Below, piece after piece: positions 53,666-61,852 of a DNA stretch of 64,000 nucleotides (its first letter is position 1; each line of letters begins with the position of its first letter). The DNA is from Actinomycetota bacterium (GTDB lineage: Bacteria; Actinomycetota; JBBINU01): positions 4,833 through 68,832 of the forward strand of contig JBBINU010000011.1 of NCBI GenBank assembly GCA_037443725.1. The letters run 5' to 3'. Under the pieces are notes generated by a model, which was not told the origin of the DNA, searched no databases, and was given only the letters and a program-made list of their open reading frames with translations. The position numbers and the translations under genes were made by a program.

Positions 53666-55480
53666 TCAATCGCGGGCGAAGAGCCGTGCCGCAAAGGCCT
53701 GCCTCACTTCGGGGGGAACCGAGGGGCCATATCTCACCAGGAGAGCGTTGGCCGGGTCTGTCGCCACTTCGGGGTCGTCGGTCGGAACCTCCTCGAACCC
53801 CGCCCGCGCCAGCGCCCTCCTCAGGGCCTTCCCCGTCTCTGGCGAGGCAAGACCCCTCCGGGCGGTCTCAAGGTGCCAGCGGACCGCATAGGTGATGAGG
53901 ACCACCTGGTCGAGAAAGGGGTCCTCCAGGGCGAAGGAGAGGAGTCCCGTGCCCACGCCCTGCCCCTGCCAGCTTCCCGCCACCTCCACGGCGAGCATCT
54001 CGTAGACCCCCGGGACCCCGGCGAACCTCCCTTCGGGATTGGCGAAGAGCAGGAGGGCTACGGTCTCGCCCGTAGGGGCCTCCGCGGCGACCACGCCGAG
54101 GTCGCGCCTGGTGGCGAGCCGCCGTAAGAGGGCCCGGCGGTCCCCCTCCCGGCGAGGGAGGATGGCGAGGTCAGGGCAGGGCTGGAGGGACGGAAGGTCC
54201 TCGGGCAAGACCCAGGCCCGGAGGAGGAGCCTGCCCTTCCGGGTCTCGAGCCTCCCTTGGCGGGGGAGGAGGCCGAGATGCGGGAGGAGGGCTGGAGGCT
54301 GGGCCGCCTGCGGGGAGAGGGAGTAGGCACGCTGGACCAGAACGGGGAGGGAGAGGAGCTTGACCCTACGGAGCCTCCTGGCTGTCTCCCTTTCGATCTC
54401 TGCCCTTCTCGGGATCGGCTCGAAGGCACCGGGGGGGTCGCCAAAGCCCTTGGGCAGCATGGCCTCCCCCCACTTTCGCCTCCAGGACTCGGGCAGGGCT
54501 GGGGGGAGAGGGCGTCCAGACATCTCCGCCCAGAGAAGGGCCAGGCAACGGGCCACCACGGATACCTCGTAGCCCCCGCCTCCGAGAGCTAGCCACCTTC
54601 CGCCGGCGTGCTCGTGGGCCACCCGGTGGATGAGCCTAGCCGCGCCCTCGTAGGCAGCCGTCGTGAGGGAGAGGTCGGAGAGGGGATCGAGAGCGTGGCC
54701 GTCGCAGCCGTGCTGAGAGACGACGATGTCGGGGCCGAAGAAAGCTGCCACGGCGGGTACCAGCTCCTCCAGGGCGGCGAGAAAGGCGCCGTCCTCGGTG
54801 AAGGGTTCCAGGGGAAGGTTAAGGCTGAACCCCCTCCCTCTCCCCACCCCCCTCTCTCCTATCTCTCCGGTGCCGGGGAAGAGGAATCTCCCGGTCTCGT
54901 GGAGGGAGAGGGTACAGACGCTGGGGTCATCGTAGAAGGCAAACTGAACTCCGTCCCCGTGGTGGGCATCTATGTCAACGTAAAGCACGCGGAACCCCGC
55001 CTGCCTGGTGAGCCAGGTGAGGGCGAGGGCTATGTCGTTGTAAACGCAAAAGCCGCTCGCCCTCTCCCGGTGGGCATGGTGTAGACCGCCCGCGATGTTC
55101 ATGGCGTGGAGCACCTCGCCCGATGCGACGGCACGAGCTGCCGCCAGGGTGAGGCCAGCGGCGGCGGCGTAGGCTTCGTGCATGCCCGGGAAGATGGGAT
55201 TGTCCTGGGTGCCGAGGCCGTGCTCGCGGGCCTCTTCGAGGAAGTGAGGTTCGGGGCTGGTACTGGAGAGGGCCTTCACCAGCTCGACATACCCCTTCCT
55301 GTGGAAGAGGGTGAGCTCGTCGTCGGTGGCGGGGCTGGCGGCAGCGCTCTCCTCCTTGCGGAGGAGGCCCGCTTCCTCAAGAAGATCGAGGGTGGCGAGG
55401 AGCCTTCTCGGGTCCAGGGGATGGCCCGGAACGTGGAACTTCGCAACCGTAGGGTTCCAGAAGAACCGGGAATCGCACAT
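53666..55480 (-). CDS. AcuC-type Zn-dependent lysine deacetylase fused to an AcuA-type GNAT acetyltransferase
   Basis: N-terminal HDAC: GHP, GGLHHA...SGFCVYND, DIDAHHGDG, GCDGHALDPL, GGGGY. C-terminal GNAT: YEMLAVEV, WQGQGVG, RWH, TDDPEVATDPANALLVRYG. Confidence 0.92.
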   Translation of the reverse strand: MCDSRFFWNPTVAKFHVPGHPLDPRRLLATLDLLEEAGLLRKEESAAASPATDDELTLFHRKGYVELVKALSSTSPEPHFLEEAREHGLGTQDNPIFPGMHEAYAAAAGLTLAAARAVASGEVLHAMNIAGGLHHAHRERASGFCVYNDIALALTWLTRQAGFRVLYVDIDAHHGDGVQFAFYDDPSVCTLSLHETGRFLFPGTGEIGERGVGRGRGFSLNLPLEPFTEDGAFLAALEELVPAVAAFFGPDIVVSQHGCDGHALDPLSDLSLTTAAYEGAARLIHRVAHEHAGGRWLALGGGGYEVSVVARCLALLWAEMSGRPLPPALPESWRRKWGEAMLPKGFGDPPGAFEPIPRRAEIERETARRLRRVKLLSLPVLVQRAYSLSPQAAQPPALLPHLGLLPRQGRLETRKGRLLLRAWVLPEDLPSLQPCPDLAILPRREGDRRALLRRLATRRDLGVVAAEAPTGETVALLLFANPEGRFAGVPGVYEMLAVEVAGSWQGQGVGTGLLSFALEDPFLDQVVLITYAVRWHLETARRGLASPETGKALRRALARAGFEEVPTDDPEVATDPANALLVRYGPSVPPEVRQAFAARLFARD

Positions 55481-55645
55481 TCTGGCTTCTCTAGCTTACC
55501 TGTGGGCGGCCTCGCGCTGGAGGGGTGTAGCCCCCGGCACCGGTGGCCGGTGTGCCCTCTGGGGTAGACTCCCGCCTGCCCACGGCGGCCGGAGGGAGAG
55601 GTGACCGGGAGAGAGGTTGATGGCGACCGCAGGGGTGGGCGAGGT

Positions 55646-56413
55646 GTGAAGGAGGAGAGGGTGGCGGTTCCCTCGGAGGGCCTTCTCCTCCCGGGCTTTC
55701 TAGCGAGCCCCGAAGGGCGAGCCCGAGGGAGCATCCTCCTCCTTCACGGTTTCCCCTCGGGCTCGCCGCCAGAGCCCGACGATCCCGGATACCCGGGTCT
55801 TGCCAGGGAGCTGGCCGCCAGGGGATGGACAGCCCTCGCCCTCACGTTCCGGGGAGCCCACGGCGCTCCGGGAAGGTTCTCCCCGGCGGGCTGGCTCGAG
55901 GATGCCAGCTCGGGCCTGCGCTGGCTCGCCTCGAGGGCCGGGAGGGCGGTGGTTGTCGGCTCCAGCATGGGGGGCGCCGTGGGGGCTGCGGCGGCTCTCC
56001 GGAACCCTCGGGAAGTGATGGGCCTCGCCCTCCTCGCCTCACCGGCTACGCTGGCCCGGTTCGCTACAGCGGAGCGGGCCGAGCCCTTCTACGCCAGGGC
56101 CCTTGAGCTGGGCCTGGTGGAGCCCATGGAGGGAGAGGAGTTGGCAGACTGGGCTAGGGGGTTTGCCCTCCTCGACGCGGTCTCGGCCTTGCGGGAGCTG
56201 GCGGGAAAACCGGTTCTTGTGCTGCACGGCACCGACGACGATCTGGTCCCTCTCGCGGCTGCTGAGGAGCTTTATAGGGCAGCCTCTGGGCCCAAGGATC
56301 TGGTGGTGCTCGAGGGAGCGGGTCACCGTCTCCGACGGGAGCCCCGGGCTCTGGAGGCGCTCTTTCGTTGGCTCCAAGGGCTGCAGGGAGGGCAGGCGCC
56401 TGCGCCCAGCTGA
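55646..56413 (+). CDS. Alpha/beta-fold hydrolase
   Basis: LLHGFP, GSSMGG, LHGTDDDLVP, EGAGH triad. Confidence 0.9.
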   Translation: MKEERVAVPSEGLLLPGFLASPEGRARGSILLLHGFPSGSPPEPDDPGYPGLARELAARGWTALALTFRGAHGAPGRFSPAGWLEDASSGLRWLASRAGRAVVVGSSMGGAVGAAAALRNPREVMGLALLASPATLARFATAERAEPFYARALELGLVEPMEGEELADWARGFALLDAVSALRELAGKPVLVLHGTDDDLVPLAAAEELYRAASGPKDLVVLEGAGHRLRREPRALEALFRWLQGLQGGQAPAPS

Positions 56414-56541
56414 GCCCCCCTACCCGGCCCCCTTATCATGCGCTCGCCTGCCGGTGGAGTTCCCCGGGGGCCTCTCGCGGTTCGGGAAGGCGCGGGCGGC
56501 CTAGGGGGATGGCGGCGCTTTCGGAGAGGAGGCGAGGAAGG

Positions 56542-57324
56542 GTGGAGTACTCGAGGGAGCTTGCCATGGCGAGGGTCTGGGCCGAGGGGGCCGGGCGTCT
56601 CCTGCTCCGGCAGTTCCGTTCTCCCCATCTCCGGTTCGAGATCAAGCCGGACGGAACCCCTGTGACGCCAGCCGACCGCGAGGCCGAGGAGCTTCTAAGG
56701 GAGGCCATCGGGAAAGCCTTCCCAGGCGACGGGATCCTGGGTGAGGAGGGCGGTGAGGAGGGCGTTGGGGAGAGGCGCTGGATCCTCGACCCTCTCGACG
56801 GAACGAAGAACTTCGTGCGCGGGATACCCATCTTCGGTGTGCTGGTGGCCCTCGAGGTGAAGGGGGAACCGGTGGTGGGGGTGGTTCACGCTCCCGCCCT
56901 GGGAAGCACATGGTGGGCGGCGAGGGGGATGGGGGCTTGGCGGGACGGTGAGAGGATCAGGGTCTCCTCGGTGGCCAGACTTGAGGATGCCTTTATGCTC
57001 CATGGATCGGTCCGGGAGTTCCTCGACAGGGGGGCGGAAGCTGCCTTCCTCGCCCTCGCCCGGGCCACTTCCCGTCAGAGGGGCTTCGGCGACTTCTGGT
57101 CACACCTCCTGGTTGCGGAGGGGGCTGCCGAGATCATGCTTGAGCCTCTCCTTGCCCCGTGGGACTTCGCACCGCTCAAGGTGATTGTCGAGGAGGCAGG
57201 AGGGAGACTCACCGACTTCGAGGGTGGCTTCGCTCTTAGGCCCTCCAGTTGCCTAACCACGAACGGCATCCTCCACGAGGCCGCTCTCGCTGTGCTCGCG
57301 GCCAACAGCCCGGGCCGGCCCTAG
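56542..57324 (+). CDS. hisN: Histidinol-phosphatase, inositol monophosphatase family
   Basis: KPDGTPVTPAD, LGEE, WILDPLDGTKNFVRG, GFGDFW, PWDFAP..IVEEAGG. Confidence 0.82.
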   Translation: MEYSRELAMARVWAEGAGRLLLRQFRSPHLRFEIKPDGTPVTPADREAEELLREAIGKAFPGDGILGEEGGEEGVGERRWILDPLDGTKNFVRGIPIFGVLVALEVKGEPVVGVVHAPALGSTWWAARGMGAWRDGERIRVSSVARLEDAFMLHGSVREFLDRGAEAAFLALARATSRQRGFGDFWSHLLVAEGAAEIMLEPLLAPWDFAPLKVIVEEAGGRLTDFEGGFALRPSSCLTTNGILHEAALAVLAANSPGRP

Positions 57325-58481
57325 CGAAGGGCGTCGTGGCCGGTGAGGTCCCTCCCTATGGTGAGGGTGTGGATGTCCCAGGTCCCCTCATAGGTGTCGA
57401 CGGATTCGAAGTTCAGCATGTGGCGGATGGTGGCGTGCTCGACGGTTATCCCCGCCGCCCCCAAGATCTCCCTGGCGGTCCTCGCCACCTCCAGGGCGGT
57501 CCTCACATTCTCCCTCTTGGCCAGGGAGACCTGGGCGTGGCGGAGTCTTCCCTCCTCCTTCAGCCTTCCTAGGTGGTAGGCGAGAAGCTGGGACCGGGTG
57601 ATGCCTGCCAGCATCCGGACCAGCTTCTCCTGGACGAGCTGGCGGGAGGCGATGGGGGCCCCGAAGGTGACTCTGGTAGAGGCAAATGAGAGAGCCTCCA
57701 GGTAGCAGTCCTCAGCCGCTCCCAGGACGCCCCAGGCGATTCCGTACCTGGCCTGGGTCAGGCAGGAGAGGGCCGCCTTCAGGCCCACCGCCCCGGGGAG
57801 GGCAGCCGTCTCGGGGAGGGCGACCTCGTCGAGGTAGAGCTCGGAAGTGACTGAGGCCCTCATGGAGAACTTCCCCTTTACCTCTCTTGCCTCGAAACCC
57901 GGGGTGTCCGTGGGGACCAGGAAGCCCCTGAACTCTCCCTCCTCGTCCCTCGCCCAGACCAGGGCGATGTGTGCCAGGGTTCCATTGGTGATCCAGGCCT
58001 TCCTGCCGTTCAGGATCCAGGTGTTCCCTCTCTTTCTAGCCCTGGTGCGCGTGGAGCCCGGGTCGGATCCTCCTTCGGGCTCGGTCAGGCCGAAACAGCC
58101 CACCACTCGCCCGGAGGCCAACTCGGGGAGGAGCTTCTTCTGCTCCTCCGAGCCGTAGCTCGCTATGGGGAACATGACGAGGGCTCCCTGGACGCTCGCG
58201 AAGGAGCGGAGGGCCGAGTCCCCTCTCTCCAGCTCCCTCATGGCCAGGCCGTAGGCGACCTCCCCGAGTCCTGCGCACCCGTACTCGGGCGGCAGGTTCG
58301 CTCCCAGGAGGCCCAGCTCCCCCATGGTGGTGACGAGGTGGGAGGGGAAGGCCCCCTCCGTCCACCACCTCGAGATGTGCGGACGGACCTCGCTGTCGAC
58401 GAACTCCCTTACAGCGTCCCTGACGAGCCTCTCCTCGTGGCTGAGGAGCCTTGAGAACTCGAGGTAATCCACCTCCCTCAT
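57321..58481 (-). CDS. Acyl-CoA dehydrogenase, glutaryl-CoA dehydrogenase-like
   Basis: YGLAMRELERGDSALRSFASVQGALVM, FGLTEPEGGSDP, SCLTQARYGIAWG, TYEGT.DIH.L. Confidence 0.9.
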   Translation of the reverse strand: MREVDYLEFSRLLSHEERLVRDAVREFVDSEVRPHISRWWTEGAFPSHLVTTMGELGLLGANLPPEYGCAGLGEVAYGLAMRELERGDSALRSFASVQGALVMFPIASYGSEEQKKLLPELASGRVVGCFGLTEPEGGSDPGSTRTRARKRGNTWILNGRKAWITNGTLAHIALVWARDEEGEFRGFLVPTDTPGFEAREVKGKFSMRASVTSELYLDEVALPETAALPGAVGLKAALSCLTQARYGIAWGVLGAAEDCYLEALSFASTRVTFGAPIASRQLVQEKLVRMLAGITRSQLLAYHLGRLKEEGRLRHAQVSLAKRENVRTALEVARTAREILGAAGITVEHATIRHMLNFESVDTYEGTWDIHTLTIGRDLTGHDALR

Positions 58482-58522
58482 CGGCCCTCCTTAATCTTTT
58501 CTTTCCGGTCCCGCCCGCGCTC

Positions 58523-59638
58523 TCACCGTACCCGAGAGACCAACGCTACCGCCGTCGCCTTGATTGCCGCTAGCACCCTCTCCCCAGGGCGAACCCCGAG
58601 GTCGGTCAGGGCTTCCCTCGTTACAAGAGCCCGGAGGGGGGCTCCCGCGTCCAGGTCTACCGCGAGGCAGCCGCGATCTGCCTCCCTCACTCCCACCACC
58701 CTTGCCGCGATCAGGTTCCTCTCGCTTCCCCTGGGGGGTTCCCTGTGCAAAGACACGGTCTCGGGCCGGACCCTTAGGTAGCAGGGTCCTGGGGCAGCTG
58801 GTCCGGCCACCCGCACCTCGCCGCCACCGGCCAGGGCCACCAGGGAGAGCTCGCCCGCCCGCACCACCCGGCCAGGAAGGAAAACCTCTCCTCCGAGGAA
58901 GCGCTCGACCTCCTGCGAGGCGGGGGAGGCCGACACCTCCTCCGGGGTCCCCACTTGGACCAGGCGTCCCCCGATGACGAGGGCAAGGCGATCCGCCACG
59001 GCCAGGGCTTCCTCCAGGCTCTGAGTCACCATTACTAGGGTCTTACCGTCTAACACGCGGGGCAGGAGGGAGAGGAGATCGCGCCTGGAAGGAGGGTCCA
59101 CACCCGCGAGCGGTTCATCGAGGAGGAGCAGCTCGGGGGAGGAAGCCACGGTTCTCGCCAGCGCCACACGCCTCCTCTCGCCCACCGAAAGGCGGTGGGC
59201 AGGGCGGTTGGCCAAGTGGTCGGCGCGGGCGAGCTGGAGGGCGGCGCTGGCCGCCTCTCTCCTCCGGGCCCGGGAGAGGCCGAGCCTGGCAAGGCCGAGG
59301 GCCACGTTGGTGAGGGCGGTACCCCGGAAAAGGTGGGGTTCCTGCAGCAGTATGCCGACCCTCCGCCGGAAGGCTGGCAGGGTGGATCTCGTGAGGGGGG
59401 CGCCCCGGTAGAAGAGCCGGCCGCGGAAGGGCGGGAGGAGAGCCCCGAGCACCATTAGGAGGGTGGTCTTCCCGGCTCCGTTGGGGCCAAGGAGGACAAG
59501 TCTCTCCCCCTCGACCACCTCCATCCGGTCAGCCTCGATAGCGGGGTGGTAGTCGTAGCCCGCGCTCACCTCTTCCAGCCGGAGGAGGGGCTCGGTCGCG
59601 AGAGCCGTAAGCATGCCGCCAGGGATGCTCCCTCCCAT
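58523..59638 (-). CDS. tupC: Tungstate ABC transporter ATPase with C-terminal TOBE
   Basis: GPNGAGKT, LSVGERRR, LLDEP, SERN...AAIKATAV; ATG overlaps the tupB stop (TGATG). Confidence 0.85.
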   Translation of the reverse strand: MGGSIPGGMLTALATEPLLRLEEVSAGYDYHPAIEADRMEVVEGERLVLLGPNGAGKTTLLMVLGALLPPFRGRLFYRGAPLTRSTLPAFRRRVGILLQEPHLFRGTALTNVALGLARLGLSRARRREAASAALQLARADHLANRPAHRLSVGERRRVALARTVASSPELLLLDEPLAGVDPPSRRDLLSLLPRVLDGKTLVMVTQSLEEALAVADRLALVIGGRLVQVGTPEEVSASPASQEVERFLGGEVFLPGRVVRAGELSLVALAGGGEVRVAGPAAPGPCYLRVRPETVSLHREPPRGSERNLIAARVVGVREADRGCLAVDLDAGAPLRALVTREALTDLGVRPGERVLAAIKATAVALVSRVR

Positions 59639-60285
59639 CAGCGCCTGTTCCTCTGCTGCAGCAGGGTAAGGAGGGCGGCGACAACAAAGATGAGGCCGAG
59701 GAGGACTGCGGAGAACCCCAGGGCGACGCCGAACTCCCCCTTCCTCACTGCCTCCACAGTGGCGGTGGTGAGGACCTGGGTCTGGCCGTGGATGTTCCCG
59801 CCGACCATGAGGGATGCCCCCACCTCCGAGATGACAGCACCAAAGCCAGCAATGGTTGCTGCCAGGAGGCCGGCGAGGGCCTCTCTTGCGAGCAGCAGGG
59901 CCCGGAGGTGCCAGGGCGGGGCCAGGGCGGCCAGCTCCATCCAGACCGTCCGCGGCAGTTGCTGAAAGGCGGCCATGGAGACCCCCGCCACCACGGGTGT
60001 GGCGATCACCACCTGAGCGATAACCATGGCGGGGTTGGTGTAGAGCAGGCCGAGGAAGCCGAGGGGGCCGCCCCTGAAGAGCAGGAACGCCACGGTGAGC
60101 CCAACCACAGTGGGCGGGAGCCCCATCCCGGCGTTCACCAGTGCTGCAACCACTCGCCTCCCGGGCCACCTCCCGGCCGCCAGGGCCAGGGCGAGGGGAA
60201 GACCGAGGGCGAGAGAGATGAGGGTGGCGAGCCCTGAGACTGCCAGGGACCTCCTCGAGACCTCGAGAAGGAGGCGGTAGTCCAT
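59638..60285 (-). CDS. tupB: Tungstate ABC transporter permease
   Basis: GMGLPPTVVGL, LLYTNPAMVIAQ, GFGAVISEVGASLMVGGNI...TQVLTTA. Confidence 0.9.
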   Translation of the reverse strand: MDYRLLLEVSRRSLAVSGLATLISLALGLPLALALAAGRWPGRRVVAALVNAGMGLPPTVVGLTVAFLLFRGGPLGFLGLLYTNPAMVIAQVVIATPVVAGVSMAAFQQLPRTVWMELAALAPPWHLRALLLAREALAGLLAATIAGFGAVISEVGASLMVGGNIHGQTQVLTTATVEAVRKGEFGVALGFSAVLLGLIFVVAALLTLLQQRNRR

Positions 60286-60315
60286 GCCCCGGGCTTTTTC
60301 GATCTCCTTCGCCTC

Positions 60316-61251
60316 CTAGGGGGCGGGGCGGGAGTTCTCTTCCGAGGAAGGTTCCGGAGACATCCCGCCTCTGCCCTCTGACGGCCTCTCACCCGCGGGT
60401 GCCGAGGCGGCGTCCGGGTGAAACAGGGGTTCTCCGTACCTGTCTCTCCCGAACTCCCCAATGAGGCGCTGAACGTGGGGTGAGACGAGCCAGCGGGCGA
60501 AGGCCATGGCCCCCTCCCGGTTCACCGTGGGGAACCGGGAGGCGTTCACCACGATGACGTGGTAGACGTTGTAGAGCTCGGGGAAGCCCTCGACCAAAGG
60601 GACGAGGGTGAGGCTCGACTTGGTGGCCAGGTACGTTCCTCGGTCGGTCAGGGTGTAGCCCTGCTTTTCCTCGGCGATTCGGAGGGTCTCTCCCATTCCC
60701 TGCCCCGTCCTCAGGTACCAGGGTCCCCCGGGGCTCACCCCCGCTCTTGCCCAGAGCTCCTCCTCTTTCTTGTGGGTTCCGGAATTGTCGGCGCGGGAGA
60801 CGAACGTGGCCCTGACCTTCGAGATAGCGGCGAGTGCATGGGAGGGCGGGAGGCCCCTGACCCTCGCGGGATCGGATGCCGGCCCCACGAGTAAGAAGTC
60901 GTTGTGCATCACGAGCCACCCGACCTCGCCCAGCCCTTTCTTCAGAAACTCCTGCTCGGCCTGGGGGGCGTGGACAAGGAGGACGTCGGCCTCACCCCGG
61001 GAACCGTACGCCAGAGCCTCTCCTGTACCCACCGCGACGGTCTTCACCCTGTACCCCGTTTCCTTCTCGAACATGGGGAGGAGGTAGTCGAGGAGGCCAG
61101 TATCCTGGGTGCTGGTCGTGGTGGCCAGGATCACGTCGGGCCTGGGTGGCCTGGCAGCCGGAGGACTACCCGGCCGGCAGCCGTCCAGACCCAAGAAGGC
61201 CAGGAGCGCCGCGAAGCCAAGAAGTACGACCCGGTTTCCTCGGAACCTCAT
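60316..61251 (-). CDS. tupA: Tungstate-binding lipoprotein
   Basis: LATTTSTQDTGLL (TTTS tungstate signature), VGTGEAL, ADVLLVHAP, SRADNSGTH, GQGMG, YTLTDRGT. Confidence 0.92.
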   Translation of the reverse strand: MRFRGNRVVLLGFAALLAFLGLDGCRPGSPPAARPPRPDVILATTTSTQDTGLLDYLLPMFEKETGYRVKTVAVGTGEALAYGSRGEADVLLVHAPQAEQEFLKKGLGEVGWLVMHNDFLLVGPASDPARVRGLPPSHALAAISKVRATFVSRADNSGTHKKEEELWARAGVSPGGPWYLRTGQGMGETLRIAEEKQGYTLTDRGTYLATKSSLTLVPLVEGFPELYNVYHVIVVNASRFPTVNREGAMAFARWLVSPHVQRLIGEFGRDRYGEPLFHPDAASAPAGERPSEGRGGMSPEPSSEENSRPAP

Positions 61252-61724
61252 TTCATCACCATGACGTTGGTTGCCTTCACCACCGCCCTCACCCGATCCC
61301 CCGGGCTCAGGGAGAGCTCCCGGGCGGCGTCGGAAGTGACGAGGGCCACCATCTCGCCTGGCTCGGTGGCGAGCACTACCTTGGCCACCAGGTCCCCGGG
61401 GACGACCTCGAGAACGGTGGCCCAGATCTGGTTCCGTGCGGAGAGGTGCGCCGGAGGCCTCGGGAGAAAGGAGGAGAGAGCTCTCGTGGCGGCGGCAATT
61501 CCCGAGGGAGAGGAGGAGTAGAGGGAGTGGCGCCCCCGCTTCTCCCTCTCGACCAGGCCTGCCGCGAGGAGAAGACGGAGGTGCTGCGAGACGGCGGGAA
61601 GGGGCAGGCCTAGAGCCTTGGCCAGGGCGGTGGGGGTCTGGGGGCCGCTGGCGCTCAAGAGGGAGAGGATCCGAGCCTTTCTTGGCTCCGCGAGTAGAGA
61701 GAAGGGCGACCCCCTCATGGCCAT
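61248..61724 (-). CDS. ArsR-type winged-HTH regulator fused to a TOBE/Mop domain
   Basis: LAEPRKARIL, LPAVSQHLRLLLAAGLV..EKRGR; then LSARNQI...VTSDAARELSL.PGD.V.AVVKATNVMV; 4-bp overlap with tupA. Confidence 0.88.
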   Translation of the reverse strand: MAMRGSPFSLLAEPRKARILSLLSASGPQTPTALAKALGLPLPAVSQHLRLLLAAGLVEREKRGRHSLYSSSPSGIAAATRALSSFLPRPPAHLSARNQIWATVLEVVPGDLVAKVVLATEPGEMVALVTSDAARELSLSPGDRVRAVVKATNVMVMK

Positions 61725-61775
61725 ATTTTTAGGCTTGCGCAACTGAAAAAGCAAGCTTCGGGCGGAGCTTTCCTT

Positions 61776-61813
61776 TTCTTGGCGTTTCCCTTGGTTCTTG
61801 GCGTTCCCCCTGG
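61776..61813. repeat. 19-bp tandem repeat (17/19 identical)
   Basis: TTCTTGGCGTTTCCCTTGG then TTCTTGGCGTTCCCCCTGG, between divergent genes. Confidence 0.85.
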
Positions 61814-61852
61814 GCGCTTGCGTGGCTTAAGCTAGCGCGGGCGGGGCAGGAG

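Noticed and set aside
59639-60169. N-terminal extension of the ABC ATPase ORF
   Set aside because: Overlaps tupB in another frame; a TGATG coupled start at 59638 fits better.
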